The notes beneath the pieces are model-generated. The model had not been told where the DNA came from and ran no database searches. It was given only the letters and a program-made list of their open reading frames with translations. The position numbers and the translations under genes were made by a program. A DNA stretch of 13,484 bases from an uncultured delta proteobacterium (GTDB lineage Bacteria > Myxococcota_A > Polyangia > Polyangiales > Polyangiaceae): contig CAITRH010000317.1 of NCBI GenBank assembly GCA_903894755.1, forward strand, positions 1-13,484, in the 5' to 3' direction. Shown one piece after another: positions 9,301 through 13,484 of this stretch. Each line of letters starts with the position of its first letter. The stretch's first letter is position 1.

Positions 9301-9436
9301 GGCGATCGAGTCCTTGGAGCTTGGGGGGCGGATGGTGGGGGTGGTGACGCATTTGACTGCGCTTACGGAGCGTTTACCGGCGCGTCTATTGGTTACGAAG
9401 CATGCGGACGGCTCGCGGGTCACCAGGCAGCTTTGA
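6386..9436 (+). CDS. sbcC: SbcC (Rad50-family) SMC-like ATPase subunit
   Basis: Walker A GTTGAGKTSLLDAM. Q-loop LPQGEF. Long Ala/Arg/Glu coiled coil with a central CPVC zinc hook (7874-7885). Signature LSGGETFLASLALAL, Walker B/D-loop LFIDEGFASLD and H-loop VGVVTH. The preferred start ATG 6386 gives the N-terminus MRPLEIALSGF, typical of SbcC, with GGCGGAGGAG SD upstream. The track ORF starts at 6317 inside sbcD. Confidence 0.9.
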   Translation: MRPLEIALSGFTCFKQETVISLRDLDVFTIAGTTGAGKTSLLDAMLFALFGRVPRVGRSCADLISSGLDRMSVRLAFRMGDKEFTVSRILRRGRAAIAQLDDANGAVANGVREVDDAIERLVGMPFDTFVQAAVLPQGEFARFLKSTQSNRTKILRDLLRVEVYERMRLVAVASEQALAKTLTFTDNLLATDFAGATPEAMTALSQEFSRCIEGNEARAERSLEVRSKASELRTLFEKGVTLDKLQAERVALEAERSLAERAATECDAAERALRVEPLLRAVDEAAVAFALREQGRLARGAAVGQAEVILGKCQADFEQASHAAEALPGLRARCSALDAVIGVLAPLASERRSLEGLRKRQGKLVEELDLLSRELAVLDARCRSAEQASAVARARVTGCGYDPQSTERLEALRPAVERLGELRRELSGVQTEAARGEASVTSRTGAVAEARHGLEAALLAHQEAEKGAARAVSEVDAGTRVDHARALATSLVVGQSCPVCAQTVLAVPTVPEAVDKGALVERRHRAVAEERKAFELRLKKQAALGEAERRLAEAKETTAALGGHRVTLEAGLRAAEASLEELSRGLVSAATGTVEARVLAALTRAMAMRRAYDEAVAEQRRADDSLAQGRSAVDGRKHGVAALEAQRSTLDAQAAAVQQTVASWEQQLRAVTEHPDPRRERRELGERIEGLEAALHQARSSSEPAQAAASHARSLLELALKEALVAEANVIEARRAGEAAALAHGFLSLDQTRDAVRTPTDLQRLRTTVSSFERRAHALDGQMSGLALELGDRRVDAATLREVESELAELLALHDSERKREGGLAAELLAMARRVDRAAALRAEHAIQTRSRGILHQLADNLGTTKFQQYMLRETLSDLVARASTRLYRLSTERYTLELRDDDFFVVDHDNAEERRPATTLSGGETFLASLALALELSEQVQRAAGAIRLDSLFIDEGFASLDHEFLDAAAEAIESLELGGRMVGVVTHLTALTERLPARLLVTKHADGSRVTRQL

Positions 9437-9465
9437 CGCTGCAAAGGAAAAACAACTGGGTAGCG

Positions 9466-9490
9466 GGGATCGCGGTCGGCCCCCCCGGAA
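9466..9490. terminator. Weak candidate bidirectional terminator hairpin between convergent sbcC and the lipoprotein gene
   Basis: cggccc ... gggccg are 6-bp inverted complements around a C-rich loop in the 55-bp convergent gap. The loop is long and no T-tract is present, so this is weak. Confidence 0.2.
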
Positions 9491-9491
9491 C

Positions 9492-11426
9492 TTAGCGGGC
9501 CGTTAATGGAAGGGGCTCTTCGATCTTGATCTCGCGAATGGCTTCGCGGAAACGTACCTCGAGCTCGGTCAGCTTCATGTTGTTTTCCACCGATTGCTTC
9601 GTGAGCTCGTCGAGACGCGCCACGATCTCAGTGAGACGCGCAGTCAAACGGCGCCGGAGCGCATCGGCGTCGCGGTTCTTCTCAATGGCCTTGAGGTTGC
9701 GACGGGTCTCTTCAGAGGCGGTGCTGAGATCGTGCTTCTCCCGCTCCAACTTGAGACGCACTTCCCGCTTCTGAACAATCTCGTTGCGCAACGCCCAGGC
9801 CGCCGTCAGCTTGGCCACCGTAGCCGTGGGCGCGCGAGGATCGGCGAGGTACGCTTTGACCGCGTTGTTGGCAATTGGAGAAAACCAGTCTTCCCAACGT
9901 CGCACTGTCGCGCGCTCGTCGACAATGAGCTCGCCCGTCGTGTTCGGCGCCACCACCGTAGGGACCAGTGCGGTGCCTGTCCCCACGTTGTCTTCTGTCT
10001 CCTTGGGCGCTTCGAAAAGACGGGTGTCGCTCTGACGCGGATGTTTCACCAGCAGCTTGATGGGACGCTCTGTGCCGTTTCGAAGGCGATAGGTGGTCCT
10101 CAAGACTGCGTCGCGTTCGATCCAAAGCTGGCCGTTCTCGATCTTTGCCACCCGCTCGCCGGTTTCATCCGACTTTTGCTGATGGTCGACAGCGATGGCG
10201 CGCTCGAGTGCAAAGGGGACCGTCGCCGTTGCGCCCGCAGGGAGCGGGTCGACCATGCCTTGTCCTAGGAAAGACCCGTCCTCGAACACCGCAATGGGAC
10301 CGCGTTCGAGCATGCCTGCAGTGGCGTTGCGAAACCGTGCAACGCGGAACGGGTGGCTGCGGGAGTCGGGCACTCCACCGTCCGGCGCATAGAGGAAATT
10401 GGCCTCGCCAGGGACTTTCCGAGAAAGCATCATCACCATGGTGGCGCTCTGGTCCGGGATCGTCAGCGGCACTGGAAGATCGTAGCGGGTCGTTCCCCCT
10501 TCGACGGCCACGGCAGCAAGGGCGCGCACATCGCGAGGACCGGACGGGACAATGCGTGCGGACGGCGCGGGAGGCGGAGGAGGAGGAGGAGGAGCAGAAG
10601 GAAACATCATCCGAGGGGCAGGCACGCGAGCGGCTCTTCCCATGCCACCTCGTGTCCTGCCGCTAGGGGCTTCGGCGGCGGACTTTGGGCTGTCTTCTTC
10701 GTCGCTGTCGCGTGCCACCGCGGCGGGACTTGGCGCGGGCTCGGCAGGCGGTTCTTGACGAAGCGAGGTTTCGGAACGCGGGACCACGGCCAAGACCTCC
10801 CCCAAGTCGGTGATCACGGGACGTACTGGGACTACAGGCACGCCCAGTTGCGCCTCGAAGGCCAGCGGGGCACCAGCTACGAGCGACAACCGAACATTTT
10901 TCCAGTCCTCTCCAGAGAGATTTTGGACAATGCCCCAGGCCTGGAGGTCGGCTTCCCCCGTGCGATGCACGACCAGTCGATACGAGGGGCGCCAGACAGG
11001 GCATTCGGCGACGTAGCCGACCTGTAGGTCATGTTTCTTGCCGTCTAGAGACAGCACTATGGTCTGTAGATCGCTCTTAGGTTTGGACTCCTTGTCTTTG
11101 TCTTTGTCGTCGTCGTCAGGTTTCCTAGGACGCGGGGCTTCTTCAGGCTTGAGGGGGAATGCGGCGGAGCGCACCGAGCTTCCGCCCTGTTCCATGACGG
11201 CGAGGGTGGCAAGGAAATCGCCGACTTGTTTGCCACGCATGCGAAAGTGGACTTCGTCGGCTTCGACCTGTCCGCCGCGTTCGAAGTAGGCGATACCGTT
11301 TCGATAGATGACTACTCTTTTGAGAGGAAGATTGCTTTCGACGATGGGGCCTCGACCGCAACCCATCAAAAAGAGTCCACCGAGCAGCAGCGCTGCCCCA
11401 TTATGCTTCGTTGACCACGTACGCAT
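9492..11426 (-). CDS. Putative secreted lipoprotein, possibly DUF4140/DUF4139 (TIGR02231-like) family, with a C-terminal coiled coil and low-complexity inserts
   Basis: 644-aa ORF with an N-terminal signal peptide and lipobox-like LFLMGC. Segments resembling the DUF4140 N-terminus (RVVIYRNGIAYFERGGQV) and the DUF4139 core (TGEADLQAWGIVQNLSGEDWKNVRLSL; RGPIAVFEDGSFLGQGMV) are recalled from memory only. Acidic DDDDKDKDKE and poly-Pro PPPPPPPPAP tracts are present. The C-terminal 100 aa are predicted coiled coil. Confidence 0.55.
   Translation of the reverse strand: MRTWSTKHNGAALLLGGLFLMGCGRGPIVESNLPLKRVVIYRNGIAYFERGGQVEADEVHFRMRGKQVGDFLATLAVMEQGGSSVRSAAFPLKPEEAPRPRKPDDDDKDKDKESKPKSDLQTIVLSLDGKKHDLQVGYVAECPVWRPSYRLVVHRTGEADLQAWGIVQNLSGEDWKNVRLSLVAGAPLAFEAQLGVPVVPVRPVITDLGEVLAVVPRSETSLRQEPPAEPAPSPAAVARDSDEEDSPKSAAEAPSGRTRGGMGRAARVPAPRMMFPSAPPPPPPPPAPSARIVPSGPRDVRALAAVAVEGGTTRYDLPVPLTIPDQSATMVMMLSRKVPGEANFLYAPDGGVPDSRSHPFRVARFRNATAGMLERGPIAVFEDGSFLGQGMVDPLPAGATATVPFALERAIAVDHQQKSDETGERVAKIENGQLWIERDAVLRTTYRLRNGTERPIKLLVKHPRQSDTRLFEAPKETEDNVGTGTALVPTVVAPNTTGELIVDERATVRRWEDWFSPIANNAVKAYLADPRAPTATVAKLTAAWALRNEIVQKREVRLKLEREKHDLSTASEETRRNLKAIEKNRDADALRRRLTARLTEIVARLDELTKQSVENNMKLTELEVRFREAIREIKIEEPLPLTAR
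10570..10602. repeat. (GGA)n / (GGN)n trinucleotide microsatellite inside the lipoprotein CDS; encodes poly-Pro on the minus strand
   Basis: ggaggcggaggaggaggaggaggagcagaagga read directly. Confidence 0.8.
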
Positions 11427-11467
11427 CGAGCACCTCCGGATGCGGCGAGCATACGACCTCGCCCTGA

Positions 11468-11575
11468 GCAGCGTCGAGTACCGAACGGTGGAAACGCCCT
11501 TGTTGCGCGGTTCGGACCCGGCTCGGACCTGCGGTTTTCAAGTTTGGTTTGGTTTAGCGTGCGCATGTGGCCGGG
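11468..11575. repeat. Copy A of an imperfect direct duplication of the MCE gene promoter and 5' end, upstream of the tandem array
   Basis: gcagcgtcgag-taccgaacggtggaaacgcccttgttgcgcgg ... tagcgtgcgcatgtggccggg is about 80% identical to 11752-11826 (gcggcgttgagagtaccgaccggcggaaactcccttgtcgcgtcc ... tagcgtgcggatgtggcggcc). Copy A carries an extra 35-bp internal segment. Confidence 0.5.
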
Positions 11576-11594
11576 AGACGCGACGGGCGGACAG

Positions 11595-11722
11595 ACCCGC
11601 AGCACTTCCGAACGCACCCGCAGCACTTCCGGACGCACCCGCAGCACTTCCGGACGCACCCGCAGCACTTCCGGACGCACCCGCAGCACTTGCCGGACAG
11701 ACCCGCAGCACTTCTCGGGTGC
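11595..11722. repeat. 21-bp tandem repeat array (about 6 units, consensus ACCCGCAGCACTTCCGGACGC) in a divergent intergenic region
   Basis: Units at 11595, 11616, 11637, 11658 (four near-perfect), 11679 (22 bp, 1-nt insertion) and 11701 (degenerate). Each unit contains the palindromic TCCGGA. The array is bracketed by CGGACAG variants. Confidence 0.85.
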
Positions 11723-11751
11723 TCCCCCGGTGCGCTTCGCCATCATCTGGC

Positions 11752-11826
11752 GCGGCGTTGAGAGTACCGACCGGCGGAAACTCCCTTGTCGCGTCCGATC
11801 GCTGCTAGCGTGCGGATGTGGCGGCC
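11752..11826. repeat. Copy B of the imperfect direct duplication; includes the GTG start of the MCE gene
   Basis: See copy A. Spans the putative promoter region and the first codons of the 11818 ORF. Confidence 0.5.
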
Positions 11827-13290
11827 AAGGTCACCCATGCGGCAAAAGTAGGGCTCTTCGTGGTCCTTTCCGGAAGTGCGCTCTACGGCATCTACCGCAC
11901 GGTGAGCCGTGAGGTCGGCACCTCGTCCAGCTACACGGTCCACGGCTACGTTAAAGACGCGACCGGGCTCGCCAGCCACTCGAGGGTCACCATCGCCGGT
12001 ATCCCCGTCGGCTCCATCGACGGGATCCGTCTCGAACGCGGCCTGGCACGCATCGATGTGCGCATGCGGTCCGATACTCCCCTCTACACCAACGCGACCA
12101 TCGGCAAGCGGGCCGCGTCGCTCCTCGGAGAGAACGTCATTGTCCTGACCCCGGGCACCCCCGACACGGCCGCACTCAAGGACGGCGACGAGATCCACAC
12201 GGTCGTCGAAGAGACCTCCATGAGCCAAATCATGGAGGAGGTGAAGGAAATCGCTGACCGGGTCAAAGATGTCGCCACCCAGCTTGCCAAGTCTGTCGGC
12301 ACGGAAACCGGCGGCCAGAACATCCGGCTCATCTTGCAGAACCTGGCCGAAGCCACCGACGCCCTCAACAAGACGATCAACGAAAATAGGATCTACATCA
12401 ACACGGCGCTCAAGAACGTTGCCAGCATCACCACCCATGCGGACCCGCAGATCGCGCGAATCCTCGACAACGTGCGCGTGGTCACGGAAGACGTACGCGG
12501 GCTCACGGCCTCGGCGGGGGGCGGACGGCAATCCGGGGAGCTACGCGAAACCGTCGAGCGTATCAACCGTGCCACCAAGAGCTTGGAAAGTGCGTTAGGT
12601 CACGTCGACCGCGTTGTCGCGCGGGTGGACCGAGGCGAGGGGACCCTGGGACGACTTTCTAAGGATGACGCCTTGATCAACGAGGTCCAGGGGGCGGCCG
12701 AGGGGGTCGGCGAATTCGTCGGCGGGATTCAGCGGCTCCAGACGGTGGTGGGCCTACGCAGCGACTACAATTTCCTGGCCAACACGATCAAGAGCTACGT
12801 CGAGGTGCGTCTACAGCCACGGGAGGACAAGTATTACCTTATCGAGCTAATCAACGATCCAAGGGGTAAGACGAGTTTCTCTCAGGTTGACGTCGACACG
12901 ACCAATCCGCGCGATCCGGCGCACTACCGGACCATCATGACGACGACCACTGACGCGTTCCGCTTTTCGCTGCAGTTTGCGCGGCGCTTGGGGCCGTTTA
13001 CGGGACGGTTTGGGATCAAGGAGTCGACCGGGGGCATCGGGCTCGACATCCATCTGTTTGGCAATCGTCTCGAGGTGGTGCAGGACATCTTTGGGTTTGC
13101 CGAGGAGGTCCAGCCGCGTTACCGGATTTACTTTGGCTATGAGTTTATCAAGAGGTTGTGGCTTCTCGGAGGAGTGGACCACCTGTTTCTTGGAAACCGT
13201 CGGGACTACTTCCTGGGGCTCCAACTCCGGTTTAACGATGAAGATTTGAAGACTATCCTCCCCTTTGTGCCGACCGGAGCGGCGAAGTAG
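11818..13290 (+). CDS. MCE/MlaD-family protein (single N-terminal TM helix, MCE domain, long helical C-terminal region)
   Basis: GTG start. TM segment VGLFVVLSGSALYGIY, then the MCE-domain pattern YTVHGYVKDATGLASHSRVTIAGIPVGSIDGIRL..ARIDVRM..PLYTNATIGKRAASLLGENVIVLTPG, then about 300 aa of mainly helical sequence. Stop TAG 13288-13290. Confidence 0.8.
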   Translation: MAAKVTHAAKVGLFVVLSGSALYGIYRTVSREVGTSSSYTVHGYVKDATGLASHSRVTIAGIPVGSIDGIRLERGLARIDVRMRSDTPLYTNATIGKRAASLLGENVIVLTPGTPDTAALKDGDEIHTVVEETSMSQIMEEVKEIADRVKDVATQLAKSVGTETGGQNIRLILQNLAEATDALNKTINENRIYINTALKNVASITTHADPQIARILDNVRVVTEDVRGLTASAGGGRQSGELRETVERINRATKSLESALGHVDRVVARVDRGEGTLGRLSKDDALINEVQGAAEGVGEFVGGIQRLQTVVGLRSDYNFLANTIKSYVEVRLQPREDKYYLIELINDPRGKTSFSQVDVDTTNPRDPAHYRTIMTTTTDAFRFSLQFARRLGPFTGRFGIKESTGGIGLDIHLFGNRLEVVQDIFGFAEEVQPRYRIYFGYEFIKRLWLLGGVDHLFLGNRRDYFLGLQLRFNDEDLKTILPFVPTGAAK

Positions 13291-13320
13291 TTTCGCCGGA
13301 GCTTAAACCAACCCCATCTT

Positions 13321-13347
13321 GAAGACCGCAGGTTCGAACCGAAGACC
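13321..13347. repeat. Perfect 10-bp palindrome GGTTCGAACC flanked by direct GAAGACC repeats, just downstream of the MCE gene
   Basis: gaagacc-gca-ggttcgaacc-gaagacc read directly. Confidence 0.6.
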
Positions 13348-13358
13348 TCACCCCCCCG

Positions 13359-13484
13359 GCCCCCCTCTCCCTCGACATCTTCCTTGCCCATTCGGGCAAG
13401 GAAAATCGTCTTCGAGCGAGGGGGGAGGAGAGCCGCGGTTCCGAGCCCCCCTCTCCCTCGACATCTTCCTTGCCCATTCGGGCA
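13359..13484. repeat. Two copies (the second truncated by the window end) of an 86-bp-period repeat containing nested imperfect palindromes
   Basis: The 40-bp segment gcccccctctccctcgacatcttccttgcccattcgggca occurs at 13359-13398 and 13445-13484. The inner hairpin is ccttgccc-attc-gggcaagg (13382-13401). The outer arms ccctctccctcga / tcgagcgaggggggaggagag are imperfectly complementary. Confidence 0.7.

Noticed and set aside
11567-11761. GTG-initiated 64-aa ORF translating the 21-bp array into RTHPQHF heptad repeats
   Set aside because: It is a product of repeat periodicity (21 = 7 codons). It has no SD, and the start context is merely the duplicated copy of the MCE start.
13329-13347. tRNA T-arm-like GGTTCGAAC motif (possible tRNA fragment or att site)
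   Set aside because: The flanking bases do not form a T-stem (caggt/cgaag are not complementary) and there is no acceptor or anticodon structure. It is simply a 10-bp palindrome.
13359-13484. CRISPR array at the window end
   Set aside because: Only two units are visible. The inter-repeat segment is partly the reverse complement of the repeat, so the unit is a long palindrome rather than a unique spacer, and no cas genes are in the window. Flanking sequence is needed to exclude it.

Overview
The window is a high-GC (about 60%), gene-dense bacterial locus with ATGA start/stop overlaps, Shine-Dalgarno sites and no introns. On the plus strand there is a five-gene co-directional cluster. It starts with a 162-aa Arg-rich hypothetical protein (196-684) that is translationally coupled to a two-domain ArsA/Get3(TRC40)-type P-loop ATPase (681-2600); each half of that ATPase carries a GKGGVGKTT P-loop, a DTAPTGH switch motif and a Get3-style CXXC. 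An apparently complete major vault protein (MVP) homologue follows 85 bp downstream (2686-5196). sbcD (5220-6389) then starts 23 bp after the MVP stop, and sbcC (6386-9436) overlaps it at ATGA; both show all canonical Mre11/Rad50 motifs, including the Rad50 CXXC zinc hook. Convergent on the minus strand is a 644-aa putative lipoprotein (9492-11426), possibly DUF4139/DUF4140-like, with poly-Pro and acidic low-complexity tracts encoded by trinucleotide repeats. The intergenic region between this gene and a divergent MCE/MlaD-family gene (11818-13290, GTG start) contains a 21-bp tandem array of about 6 units. The array is bracketed by imperfect duplicates, 75-108 bp long, of the MCE promoter and 5' end. 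The window ends in two 86-bp-period palindromic repeat units. The main finding is the bacterial vault-like locus: a full-length MVP next to a tandem Get3-like ATPase, two eukaryote-signature proteins, immediately upstream of sbcCD with no terminator visible. All family assignments rest on motifs recognised by eye and need HMM or BLAST confirmation.
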